DNA of 64,000 nt from IMG/VR virus record IMGVR_UViG_3300044991_001838, positions 1 through 64,000 of that record, one strand, 5' to 3'. The stretch comes from a virus (Duplodnaviria; Heunggongvirae; Uroviricota; Caudoviricetes). Made by a program: the position numbers and the translations under genes. The first letter of the stretch is position 1. Each line of letters begins with the position of its first letter. Below the pieces are notes generated by a model. That model was not told the DNA's origin, did not search any database, and was given only the letters and a program-made list of their open reading frames with translations. Of the stretch, positions 43,774 to 53,553 are shown piece after piece.

Positions 43774-45534
43774 GTGACTAAAGAACAATTAATGATAGAA
43801 GTAACGAAGTGTTTGAGGAATACTCCTTATGCACTTCGTACTTATTTACAGACTTACGATAACACCGTATCCAAATACGTTCCGTTAGACTTATTTCCAG
43901 ACCAAGTAACCCTTATAGAAGATTACGATAACCACAATGAAAATGTTGCCTTAAAGTACCGACAGGCAGGGGTTTCAACAGTTACTGCCGCTTGGGCATC
44001 AAAAAAACTAGCTTTTGCCAAAAAAACCAAACCTGAAAAAATTCTAATCATTGCCAACAAATTAGATACTGCTATGGAGATGGCAAATAAGGTTAGAGGA
44101 TTTACTGAACAATGGCCTGCTTGGGTTGGAGTTGGATTTTCTCAGGAAAAAAATGCTCAACGACATTTTAAATTAACAAATGGTTGTGAGGTTAAAGCCG
44201 TTGCAACATCCCGAGATGCCTTGAGGGGTTATACCCCAACCATTCTAATATTTGATGAGGCTGCGTATATTGAAGCTGACGGAGATTTTTGGGCGGCTTG
44301 TATGGCATCCTTATCCACAGGGGGTAAGGTAATTGTAGTATCCACCCCAAACGGATATGACCCAATTTATTATGAAATCTATGACCAATCATTGAGAGGA
44401 ATGAATGATTTCAAAATTACTGAAATGTTTTGGTACCGTGACCCAAGATATACAAAAGATTTGTATATGGTCAAAACAAACGATTTAGTCCATTTTTTAT
44501 TGAATAGAGAAGAATATAACCTTGATGAGGTAATCATTGATTTATCAATGAGTAATCCATACGAGAGGGACCATTCAATAGTAACCGATTATGTTGAGCA
44601 AGGATACAAACCATGTTCTGCTTGGTTTGAAGGAATGGTTAAAAAATTAAAATACGATAGACGTAAGGTTGCTCAAGAGTTAGAATGTAACTTTTTGGGT
44701 TCAGGGGATAATGTATTTGATTCTGAAATGATGACAGACATATCTAAAAACCAAGTTAAAGACCCAATTGCAAAAATGATGGGTGGTGGACTTTGGATTT
44801 GGAAAGAACCTGTTAATGGTCATAAATATGTTATGGGTGTTGATGTATCTCGTGGAGATTCTGAGGATTTTTCTTGTATTCAAATTATTGATTTTGATGC
44901 AAGAGAACAAGTTTTAGAATATGTTGGAAAAATACCACCAGATATTTTGGCGGAAATTGCTTATAAATGGGGTACAATGTACAATGCTTATTGTGTAGTT
45001 GATTTAACAGGAGGTATGGGAGTTGCAACAGCTAGAAAAATGCAAGAGATGGGTTATCAGGCAGGAATGTACGTTGATAACGTCGATACAACAAACAAAT
45101 GGAAGTTTGACCCTAAGATGAATGAGAAGATACCTGGTATTAACTTTAACAATAAAAGGGTTCAAATTATCGCATCGTTTGAAGAATCTATGAGACATAA
45201 ATTTAGAATTTATTCAAGTAGACTTTATAACGAGATGAATACGTTTGTTTACATTAATGGTAGACCTGACCACCAAAAAAATCATCATGATGATTGTATC
45301 ATGAGTATTTCTATGGCAATATACGTTGCGGAGAAATCTTTCCAATCTTTAGAAAAGGTTGTGAACCATACCAAAGCGATGTTAAATTCATGGTCAAGTG
45401 TTATGAATGAGAATAAAAACACATCAGAATATTTTAATCCACTTGTTCCTCAAATGGGAAGACAATTCCCAATAAATCAAGGTCCATCCCGAGCCGACTA
45501 TGAAAAATACTCTTGGTTATTTCATTCACGATAA
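43774..45534 (+). CDS. terL: terminase large subunit
   Basis: ATPase Walker B ILIFDEAAYI, VVSTPNG; C-terminal nuclease region GVDVSRGDSEDFSCIQII; T4 gp17-like organisation. Confidence 0.75.
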   Translation: MTKEQLMIEVTKCLRNTPYALRTYLQTYDNTVSKYVPLDLFPDQVTLIEDYDNHNENVALKYRQAGVSTVTAAWASKKLAFAKKTKPEKILIIANKLDTAMEMANKVRGFTEQWPAWVGVGFSQEKNAQRHFKLTNGCEVKAVATSRDALRGYTPTILIFDEAAYIEADGDFWAACMASLSTGGKVIVVSTPNGYDPIYYEIYDQSLRGMNDFKITEMFWYRDPRYTKDLYMVKTNDLVHFLLNREEYNLDEVIIDLSMSNPYERDHSIVTDYVEQGYKPCSAWFEGMVKKLKYDRRKVAQELECNFLGSGDNVFDSEMMTDISKNQVKDPIAKMMGGGLWIWKEPVNGHKYVMGVDVSRGDSEDFSCIQIIDFDAREQVLEYVGKIPPDILAEIAYKWGTMYNAYCVVDLTGGMGVATARKMQEMGYQAGMYVDNVDTTNKWKFDPKMNEKIPGINFNNKRVQIIASFEESMRHKFRIYSSRLYNEMNTFVYINGRPDHQKNHHDDCIMSISMAIYVAEKSFQSLEKVVNHTKAMLNSWSSVMNENKNTSEYFNPLVPQMGRQFPINQGPSRADYEKYSWLFHSR

Positions 45535-45571
45535 GTATTTATATTATCAGAGTAATAAGTAAATTTACATT

Positions 45572-47428
45572 ATGGCAGAAAACAATAATAATCTGACGGT
45601 TTGGCAAAGACTATCACAAACATTTGGACCTAATTCACTTTTAGGACAAGATTACCCTACTTTCACATTTGATAAGAAGGAACTTTTACGCACAAAAAGT
45701 AGAGAAGAATACGAGAAAGAAAAATTACAAGCACAACAAACTTTTTACTTAACAAACCAATGGGCTAAGGTTGAAAATAACCTTTACTCACAAGCAATAT
45801 ATTATGAACCATCAAGACTGTCTGCACAATATGATTATGAATCAATGGAATACACTCCTGAGATTTCAGCAGCCTTAGACATATACGCCGAAGAATCTAC
45901 AACAACAAATGAAGATGGATTCATCTTACAAATTTATTCTGAATCAAAAAGAATTAAAGGAGTACTTGCCGATTTATTTAACAATGCTTTAGATATTAAT
46001 ACCAACTTACCAATGTGGACAAGAAACACTTGTAAGTATGGTGATAACTTTGTTTACTTAAAATTAGACCCTGAAAAAGGTATTGTTGGGGTACAACAAC
46101 TACCAACAATAGAAATTGAAAGACATGAGGTTGGGGTTAGTGCAAAAATATCAGTTGATATAACACAAGAATTAGAGAAAGACAAAAAATCCCTTCATTT
46201 TACTTGGAAGAATAAAAATATGGAATTTCAATCATGGGAGATTGCTCACTTTAGATTATTAGGTGACGATAGAAAACTTCCTTACGGAACTTCAATGTTA
46301 GAAAAAGCAAGAAGAATTTGGAAACAATTATTACTATCAGAAGATGCGATGTTAATTTATCGTACATCAAGAGCTCCTGAGAGAAGAATGTTCAAAGTCT
46401 TTGTGGGTAATATGAATGATGATGATGTTGAGGCATACGTAAACCGTGTTGCAAACAAATTTAAAAGAGAACAAATTGTTGACAAAAATACAGGTAATGT
46501 CGATATGAGGTTTAACCAAATGGCGGTTGACCAAGATTATTTTATCCCTGTTAGAGACCCATCAGCTCCTGACCCAATTACTACTTTACCTGGTGCAACT
46601 AACTTATCAGAGATTGCTGATATTGAATATATCCAAAAGAAATTATTAACCGCTCTTCGTGTACCTAAAGCATTTTTAGGTTTTGAAGAAGTTGTTGGTG
46701 ATGGTAAAAACTTGGCATTACAAGACATTAGATTCGCACGTACAATTAACAGAATCCAAAAGAGTATGTTAGCCGAGTTAAATAAAATTGCTATTGTTCA
46801 TTTATTCCTATTAGGATTTGAAGATGAACTTTCAAACTTTACTATTGGTCTTACAAATCCATCTACTCAAGCGGATTTATTAAAAATTGATGTTTGGAAA
46901 GAAAAGGTATTATTATACAAAGACTTAGTATCAGACCCAGGAAATGGTATTCAAGCAACCTCATCTACATGGGCTAAGAAACATATTTTTGGATGGTCAG
47001 ATGAAGAAGTTCGTTTAGATTTACAACAACAAAGAATTGAAAGAGCAGTTGGGGAAGAACTTAAAGCGACTGCAACAGTTATTACTAAAACAGGATTATT
47101 TGATAACATAGACAAATTATACGGAAGTGCAACAGGTGCAACACCAGCAGTAGGTGCAGAAACAACACCAGGAGGAACTGAAGAATTAAGTTCACCACCA
47201 TCATTTGGGGGAGGAGAGGAATTACCTGACCTTGGAGCTGAAGCACCACCGGCAGGAGAAGCTCCACCGGGAGGGGAGCCTGAATTAGCTCCCGAATCTA
47301 AGAAAAAAGACTTAAATATTTTGATAGAAAACAATTTAATTGAGGGGTCTTCTATGATAAACTTAGGTCATGGACAAGATTCTTTAGGAGAAATTTCAAA
47401 AGAACTTGATAAGTTATTAAATTCGTAA
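45572..47428 (+). CDS. portal protein (gp20-like)
   Basis: 618 aa immediately after terL; size and position typical of a portal; acidic Pro/Gly C-terminal tail. Confidence 0.55.
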   Translation: MAENNNNLTVWQRLSQTFGPNSLLGQDYPTFTFDKKELLRTKSREEYEKEKLQAQQTFYLTNQWAKVENNLYSQAIYYEPSRLSAQYDYESMEYTPEISAALDIYAEESTTTNEDGFILQIYSESKRIKGVLADLFNNALDINTNLPMWTRNTCKYGDNFVYLKLDPEKGIVGVQQLPTIEIERHEVGVSAKISVDITQELEKDKKSLHFTWKNKNMEFQSWEIAHFRLLGDDRKLPYGTSMLEKARRIWKQLLLSEDAMLIYRTSRAPERRMFKVFVGNMNDDDVEAYVNRVANKFKREQIVDKNTGNVDMRFNQMAVDQDYFIPVRDPSAPDPITTLPGATNLSEIADIEYIQKKLLTALRVPKAFLGFEEVVGDGKNLALQDIRFARTINRIQKSMLAELNKIAIVHLFLLGFEDELSNFTIGLTNPSTQADLLKIDVWKEKVLLYKDLVSDPGNGIQATSSTWAKKHIFGWSDEEVRLDLQQQRIERAVGEELKATATVITKTGLFDNIDKLYGSATGATPAVGAETTPGGTEELSSPPSFGGGEELPDLGAEAPPAGEAPPGGEPELAPESKKKDLNILIENNLIEGSSMINLGHGQDSLGEISKELDKLLNS

Positions 47429-47435
47429 TATTTAT

Positions 47436-48149
47436 TTGAAAATGAGTAAAATGACTTTTGGAAAAATTAAATCCTTTATTGAGAATAATCTGCTAGAATC
47501 CTACAAAAATGAGAAGGATTTCAAGAAGACATTGAGAGAATTCAAACATAATGTTTTGAGTAATAAATCTATGTCAAAAGCTTATGACCTATACAACCAA
47601 TTGAGTACACCTCAAGGGTTAAGTGAGTCTGATGCCAAAGAATTTTTGGATGAAGGAATTTCTTTATTACAAAAAGTTTTACCGTCAATTAAATTACCAA
47701 GAACAATATCAGAATCGGTTAAAAACCGTTATAACGATATTGATACATTAGTTTATACTCAAAAGTTAAACTTAATAGAAAGAATTGAATCTAAAAAAAA
47801 TATAGTTTCTATCCTTACCTCTAAACCTAATACGGTTAAAGAATCCATTAATATTCCCATAAAATCTATGGTTAGTATCGCTAACCAAACATTAAGAAAT
47901 TATTTGGATAACTTAGATGAAAATTCTAAAAAAGAATTTATACAACTTGTTTCTGAAGACACTAAAGTTTTGGAAGATAAGTTTGAAGTTATTCGTGAAA
48001 GTGCGATTTCTAAACTTCAAACATTATTAGAAAAAGAAGAAGAAAATGAAATTAAAACAAGAATTTCTGAAACAATTAATAAATTAAAAGACGAAAAGTT
48101 TGACCAAATGAATTTTTTAAGATTAAAAAATCTTGAATCATCAATCTAA
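47436..48149 (+). CDS. hypothetical head-module protein
   Basis: 237-aa ORF. Confidence 0.45.
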   Translation: MKMSKMTFGKIKSFIENNLLESYKNEKDFKKTLREFKHNVLSNKSMSKAYDLYNQLSTPQGLSESDAKEFLDEGISLLQKVLPSIKLPRTISESVKNRYNDIDTLVYTQKLNLIERIESKKNIVSILTSKPNTVKESINIPIKSMVSIANQTLRNYLDNLDENSKKEFIQLVSEDTKVLEDKFEVIRESAISKLQTLLEKEEENEIKTRISETINKLKDEKFDQMNFLRLKNLESSI

Positions 48150-48332
48150 ATTATCTTTTTTACTTTGAATATATTTTGCCTTTAAAATCTGTGCTCTTTT
48201 AAGTACAGATTTTTTTGTATACTCTTTTCTCAGATTTAATTTTTGGTTTTGTTTTGTCTTAATGACTTTGGACTTAAGAGTCTTTAAAGCTCTTTCAATA
48301 TTATCCCCACTATTAATTTTTACTATTATCAT
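48141..48332 (-). CDS. rpsU: ribosomal protein bS21 homologue
   Basis: MIIVKINSGDNIERALKTLKSKV...RKEYTKKSVLKRAQILKAKYIQSKK aligns with S21 ([21 protein letters not shown]...REFYEKPTTERKRAK). Confidence 0.7.
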   Translation of the reverse strand: MIIVKINSGDNIERALKTLKSKVIKTKQNQKLNLRKEYTKKSVLKRAQILKAKYIQSKKDNLD

Positions 48333-48432
48333 ATAATATACAAATATCTTGTTGTTTTAAAAAAATTTTGACAATTTGAGATATATGTCTTATTTTTTTG
48401 TAGAACATAAACACATATAATAATGAAAATTA

Positions 48433-48870
48433 ATGAAAAAGGGAAAAAGTGTAAAGTTAAATTTATACAATCCAATTAAATCCGTCTACGGTACAGTAGA
48501 TTCTAAAAATCTAAAATCTGTTTACATAAACATACAATCATGGGTAACCCCAAAAGAAGATTATGATAATTGGAACCGAATTGTTTCTAATTTAGGAAGA
48601 GAAATAAAACATTCTGTCTATGACTCAATAAACACTAAATTATTTCAAGATAAAAGTATTGTGGATTTAGACCTTAGAACTAGTGGAATATCTCACGGAA
48701 AAAAATCTTTTTTTAATTTAGAAATCAACCTATACACAAACTCTGAATTAGATTTTAAATCAATTGAAATTAAAGATTCAATTAAAATAATTGTAAAATC
48801 AGTATTCAGAAACAACATACTACAAAACAAATATTTTGATTTTTCAACATCAAAAAAAACTAATGAATAA
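48433..48870 (+). CDS. hypothetical protein
   Basis: 145-aa ORF. Confidence 0.45.
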   Translation: MKKGKSVKLNLYNPIKSVYGTVDSKNLKSVYINIQSWVTPKEDYDNWNRIVSNLGREIKHSVYDSINTKLFQDKSIVDLDLRTSGISHGKKSFFNLEINLYTNSELDFKSIEIKDSIKIIVKSVFRNNILQNKYFDFSTSKKTNE

Positions 48871-48909
48871 TAAACTATTGATTACCGCATATTTATCATA
48901 AAAGATTAA

Positions 48910-49626
48910 ATGAAAAAGTTAAGAATATTAGAGGCAAGTGAGACTGGTCACGGAATTTTAATTGAAACAGATGCGGGTTGGGTTTCCCCTAAAGAGAAAC
49001 ACAATGAGATTGTTTTGAAAGAAGCTAAAGAAATGGATTATAGAAACCCATTTGAATTTTATGCAGTACTACAAAAATATGATACACCAAACAGAAATGG
49101 TAGGTCATACCCTGAAAGAATCCTTAAAAGAGAAGCAGATAACTACAAACAAACAATTGCTAAAGGGTTATCAACTTCTGAATTAAATCACCCTGAATCA
49201 TCTCTTATTGATTTAGATAGAGTAGCCCACATCATTACTGATATATGGTGGGATAAAAATATTTTAATGGGTAAGTTAAAATTATTAACTTCACCAGGGT
49301 TTCACGAAAGAGGGATTGTTTCAACTAAAGGAGACCAAGCAGCAAACTTAATGAGACAAGGAGTTACTTTAGGGATTTCATCTCGTGGGGTTGGTTCACT
49401 TAAAAAAGTTGGGGAAAGAAATGAAGTACAAGATGATTTTGAATTAATCTGTTTTGACTTAGTGTCATCTCCATCAACACCAGGAGCTTACTTATTTTCA
49501 AATGCTGAAGATAGAGATAAGTACGAAGAAAATTTAGACGAAGAAAAAAAATACAAACAAAATAATGGAGTTGTTGAAAAAGAAGTTGACTTAATGAGAA
49601 AATTAAACGATTTTTTAGGAAAATAA
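48910..49626 (+). CDS. prohead core protease (T4 gp21-like)
   Basis: Position immediately before scaffold and capsid genes; NGRSYPERIL...ELNHPE...GISSRGVGS blocks resemble gp21 family. Confidence 0.55.
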   Translation: MKKLRILEASETGHGILIETDAGWVSPKEKHNEIVLKEAKEMDYRNPFEFYAVLQKYDTPNRNGRSYPERILKREADNYKQTIAKGLSTSELNHPESSLIDLDRVAHIITDIWWDKNILMGKLKLLTSPGFHERGIVSTKGDQAANLMRQGVTLGISSRGVGSLKKVGERNEVQDDFELICFDLVSSPSTPGAYLFSNAEDRDKYEENLDEEKKYKQNNGVVEKEVDLMRKLNDFLGK

Positions 49627-49638
49627 AAAAACACAAAC

Positions 49639-49848
49639 ATGGAAGAAAAGTATTTTGTTGCAAAAATTCAGTATGATTTACCTGATGAGAATACAGGTAA
49701 GATTAGAAAAATCAGAGAAGAGAAGTTAGTTAAAGGTTATTCTGTAACAGATGTTGAGGCAAAAGTTACAAAAAAATATGAGGGGTTTACTCATGAGTGG
49801 AGAATAACGGCAGTATCGGAAAGTAAAATTGACGAAGTTATTGAGTAA
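49639..49848 (+). CDS. hypothetical small protein
   Basis: 69-aa ORF, terminator follows. Confidence 0.45.
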   Translation: MEEKYFVAKIQYDLPDENTGKIRKIREEKLVKGYSVTDVEAKVTKKYEGFTHEWRITAVSESKIDEVIE

Positions 49849-49870
49849 TTAATTAACAATTTAAAAAATA

Positions 49871-49898
49871 AAAAAGTGGTCTTAGGGCCACTTTTTTT
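49871..49898 (+). terminator. rho-independent terminator
   Basis: AAAGTGGTC-TTAG-GGCCACTTT then T7. Confidence 0.65.
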
Positions 49899-49984
49899 GT
49901 TTAGGTAATATTTATGTAATAAAATAAACTTTGTTTACAATATGGTCAAATTGAATTTTTATCATATTGGAACTATTTATAAGT

Positions 49985-49992
49985 TATAAATA
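49985..49992 (+). promoter_or_regulatory. T4-type late promoter-like TATAAATA upstream of scaffold gene
   Basis: Exact TATAAATA 12 nt upstream of ATG 50004 in a T4-like head module. Confidence 0.35.
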
Positions 49993-50003
49993 ATTAATTT
50001 TTC

Positions 50004-51632
50004 ATGCAAGAAAATAACAAATTAGTACAAGAGGCACTTATTCAAATGAGACAAGTTGAAGAAGCGATAGCCGAAAATGCAAAAGGAATACTTGCTTCAA
50101 CTATGAAGGAAGAAATCAATCAGTTAGTAAAAGAATCTTTATCTGAACAAGATGATGATGAGGTTGAATTAGATGTTGATATGGATGACGACGACATGGA
50201 AGATGTTGACGTTGACATTGATACTGATTATGAAGATGATGACGTAGACATGGATTTTGACATGGATACTGATTCTGAAGAAAGTCCGATAGACTTAACT
50301 GACGCTTCTGACGAAGAAATTCTTAAGGTGTTTAAAGCAATGGGTGAAGAAGATGGCATCATAGTAAAAAAAGATGGTAACGATATTCACTTAACTGACA
50401 ATGACTCTGATGAAGAATATCTAGTTAAGCTTGGTGAATCTGAAGAAGAATATTACGAAGATATGGATGGAGATATGGATGAAGAACACGATGTTGATAC
50501 AGAAGATGTAATTAACGCAATCTTTTCTAAAGACGGTGACGCTTCAGATATTGAAGTAGACCAAGACGACGAAGAAGTTATGTACGAAATCGAATTTGAA
50601 GAGGATGACGATATGTTAGACGAAGAGGATGACGATATGTTAGACGAAGAGGATGACGATATGTTAGACGAAGAGGATGACGATATGTTAGACGAAGAGG
50701 ATGACGATATGTTAGACGAAGAGGATGACGATATGTTAGACGAAGAAGACGAAGACGAAGATTTGGGCGAATCTTACAACCGAAGAAAAACTGTTAGAGA
50801 AGCAAAATCAACAATTAAACCTAAAGGTGTTGGAATTGGCTCAGGACCTAAATTCACTTACAAAGATAAAGCTGCGGGTGGATTTAAAGAGGACAAAAAA
50901 CAAGGTCCTAAATCAGTGGGTACTGGTAAAGCAAAATTTGAATACAAAGCGGGAGCAAATATGGAAGGAAAATCCAAAGTTGTTAAGGCAGAAACAAAAG
51001 AAGGTCAAGGATACAAAGACAAAGAAGATGAAAGGTTAGCAATGAAACATGGTAAAATTGCTTCAAAAGACCTTAAAACGACTAAAGCTCGTAGAGATGA
51101 CGCAGGTTTTGAAAAGAGAGAAACTAAAGAAGCTGCTAGAACTTATGGAATGGGTTCCAAAGAAGGTAGAGGACTTAGAAAAGGTATTACTAATAACAGA
51201 AATTATGTTTATGGTAATAGTGGAGTAAAAGTAGAATCTACTCAACAAGAAGTTAATATGTTGAGAGAGAAAAATGAAGAATACAGAAAAGCGTTAAATA
51301 TTTTCAGAGAAAAACTTAACGAAGTTGCAATCTTCAATTCAAACTTAGCGTATGCGACTAGATTGTTCACTGAACATTCGACTACTAAAAAAGAGAAAAT
51401 AAATATCTTAAGAAGATTTGACGATGTTGAAACTTTAAAAGAATCTAAAAATCTTTATCAGTCAATTAAAGGTGAGTTATCTAAACCAGATACAAAATCA
51501 ATTAATGAATCAGTAGAAACAAGATTAACAAAACAAGTTTCTTCAGGTTCATCATCTACACTAATTGAATCTAAAACTTACGAAAATCCTCAATTCATGA
51601 GAATGAAGGATTTGATGAGTAAATTAGGGTAA
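50004..51632 (+). CDS. scaffolding protein (gp22-like), highly acidic with tandem repeats
   Basis: Six EEDDDMLD repeats, extreme D/E content, located just upstream of major capsid gene; TATAAATA upstream. Confidence 0.6.
   Translation: MQENNKLVQEALIQMRQVEEAIAENAKGILASTMKEEINQLVKESLSEQDDDEVELDVDMDDDDMEDVDVDIDTDYEDDDVDMDFDMDTDSEESPIDLTDASDEEILKVFKAMGEEDGIIVKKDGNDIHLTDNDSDEEYLVKLGESEEEYYEDMDGDMDEEHDVDTEDVINAIFSKDGDASDIEVDQDDEEVMYEIEFEEDDDMLDEEDDDMLDEEDDDMLDEEDDDMLDEEDDDMLDEEDDDMLDEEDEDEDLGESYNRRKTVREAKSTIKPKGVGIGSGPKFTYKDKAAGGFKEDKKQGPKSVGTGKAKFEYKAGANMEGKSKVVKAETKEGQGYKDKEDERLAMKHGKIASKDLKTTKARRDDAGFEKRETKEAARTYGMGSKEGRGLRKGITNNRNYVYGNSGVKVESTQQEVNMLREKNEEYRKALNIFREKLNEVAIFNSNLAYATRLFTEHSTTKKEKINILRRFDDVETLKESKNLYQSIKGELSKPDTKSINESVETRLTKQVSSGSSSTLIESKTYENPQFMRMKDLMSKLG
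50598..50741 (+). repeat. six exact 24-bp tandem repeats in scaffold gene
   Basis: gaagaggatgacgatatgttagac x6 encoding EEDDDMLD. Confidence 0.85.
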
Positions 51633-51670
51633 AAAAATAAAAATAAATAAAATTAATAAAAACCAAAAAA

Positions 51671-53473
51671 ATGGGAGCATTATTAGAATCAGGTCTAGTT
51701 GGTAACATCGGGTTAAAACACCTTAAAGTTATCAAAGAAGACACAATCAACAAATGGGACAAATTAGGATTCTTAGAGGGTCTTAAAGGTCACATGAGAG
51801 AAAACGTAGCACAACTTTACGAAAACCAAGCATCGTATTTAATTAACGAAGCATCATCTACATCTGATACAGGTGCATTTGAAACTGTGGTTTTCCCAAT
51901 CGTTAGAAGAGTATTCTCTAAACTTTTGTCAAATGACATCGTTTCAGTACAAGCTATGAACTTACCAATCGGTAAATTATTCTACTTCGTACCAAATATT
52001 CAAGCATACACTGATGAATCAAACGCAAACACAGGTATCCACTACGCACCGTATGGTTCACCAAACGCGTCTGACGCACAAACACCAAACAGTGGTTATG
52101 ACTATAACAACACTAAAGACCTTTATGATAGATTCTACGAAGGTAATGAACCAGCTTTAGACCCACCAGGTTTATTTGACTATTCAAAAGGACAATTTTC
52201 TGCAATCACAGCTACGGTTACTACTGTATCATGGTTAGCGGACCAATTAGTTCCTTCAGGTTATAGTGAAGATAACTATAGAAAAGTTCTTATTGTAATG
52301 TCAGGTTTTGCATCTGATGGAGCAGGTAAATTAATCGGTCCTGACGGTCAACCGATGGATAACGAAGCGTTCTTATCTGATTTAACAGTTTATGGTGTTG
52401 CGGGTAACCCTACAACAGCAGCAAATGTTAATAACCCTTACTTATTTAGAGTTGTAACTCAAAGATATGGTAAAGGTATTGTTCAATATGGTAACAATAA
52501 CTCAACTTTAGTATTCCCTAACAGTAAAACTGATGGTGGTCAATATGACAACTTATGTGATGCTCAAGGTAAAATTTACTTAGAGGTTGATTTACAAGTA
52601 CCGGTTTGTATCACTTGTGGTGGTTCAATGGACGGTTATACAGGTTCAACTTTCTCATCTACAACAGCTTTAGATAGTGCGTTCACTGCTAAATATAGAA
52701 TCTACAAAAACTTAGAGTTTGAAGATAGAATCGGTGAGGTATCTTTCGACCTTATGTCAGTTACAGTTTCTGTAACAGAAAGAAAATTAAGAGCACAATG
52801 GTCTCCAGAAATGGCACAAGACGTTGCGGCATTCCACAACATTGATGCTGAAGCTGAATTAACGGCTTTATTATCTGAACAAGTTGCAGCTGAAATCGAC
52901 CGTGAAATCTTAAGAGATTTACGTAAAGGTGCAGCATGGAACTTACGTTGGGATTACAATGGTTGGAAACGTTTAGGTTCTTCTGCAGTTCCTTATACTC
53001 AAAAAGACTGGAACCAAACGCTTATCACAGCGATTAACCAAATCTCAGCTCAAATCCACAAATCTACATTAAGAGGTGGAGCTAACTGGATTGTTGTTTC
53101 TTCTGAAATCTCAGCTATCTTTGACGATTTAGAATACTTCCACGTATCAAACGCTTCTCCTGAGCAAGACCAATACAACATGGGTATTGAAAGAGTAGGT
53201 ACTTTAGCAGGTCGTTACCAAGTGTACAGAGACCCTTATTTCCCACCAAACCAAGTGTTATTGGGTCACAAAGGAACATCATTGTTAGACACAGGTTACA
53301 TCTACGCACCGTACGTACCTTTACAATTAACTCCAACAATGTATAACCCATTCAACTTCACACCAATCAAAGGTATCATGACTAGATACGCTAAGAAAAT
53401 GGTAAACAACCGTTTCTACGGTAGAATTACAGTTGATGGTGTAAGAACATTTGACTTAAGAGAGTTGAGATAA
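51671..53473 (+). CDS. major capsid protein (T4 gp23-like)
   Basis: VVFPIVRRVFSKLLSNDIVSVQAMNLPIGKLFYF parallels gp23 VMGMVRRAIPNLIAFDICGVQPMNSPTGQVFAL; C-terminal YAPYVPLQLTP...MTRYAKK parallels gp23 YYAPYVALTP...KTRYG; strong terminator follows. Confidence 0.8.
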   Translation: MGALLESGLVGNIGLKHLKVIKEDTINKWDKLGFLEGLKGHMRENVAQLYENQASYLINEASSTSDTGAFETVVFPIVRRVFSKLLSNDIVSVQAMNLPIGKLFYFVPNIQAYTDESNANTGIHYAPYGSPNASDAQTPNSGYDYNNTKDLYDRFYEGNEPALDPPGLFDYSKGQFSAITATVTTVSWLADQLVPSGYSEDNYRKVLIVMSGFASDGAGKLIGPDGQPMDNEAFLSDLTVYGVAGNPTTAANVNNPYLFRVVTQRYGKGIVQYGNNNSTLVFPNSKTDGGQYDNLCDAQGKIYLEVDLQVPVCITCGGSMDGYTGSTFSSTTALDSAFTAKYRIYKNLEFEDRIGEVSFDLMSVTVSVTERKLRAQWSPEMAQDVAAFHNIDAEAELTALLSEQVAAEIDREILRDLRKGAAWNLRWDYNGWKRLGSSAVPYTQKDWNQTLITAINQISAQIHKSTLRGGANWIVVSSEISAIFDDLEYFHVSNASPEQDQYNMGIERVGTLAGRYQVYRDPYFPPNQVLLGHKGTSLLDTGYIYAPYVPLQLTPTMYNPFNFTPIKGIMTRYAKKMVNNRFYGRITVDGVRTFDLRELR

Positions 53474-53492
53474 TCAATATCTTATTTAACAA

Positions 53493-53524
53493 TAAAAGGG
53501 TTCCTAATGGAACCCTTTTTTTTA
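53493..53524 (+). terminator. strong terminator after major capsid gene
   Basis: AAAAGGGTTCC-TAAT-GGAACCCTTTTTTTT. Confidence 0.75.
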
Positions 53525-53553
53525 TTATAGAGTATTTATAATAAAATAGTAAA

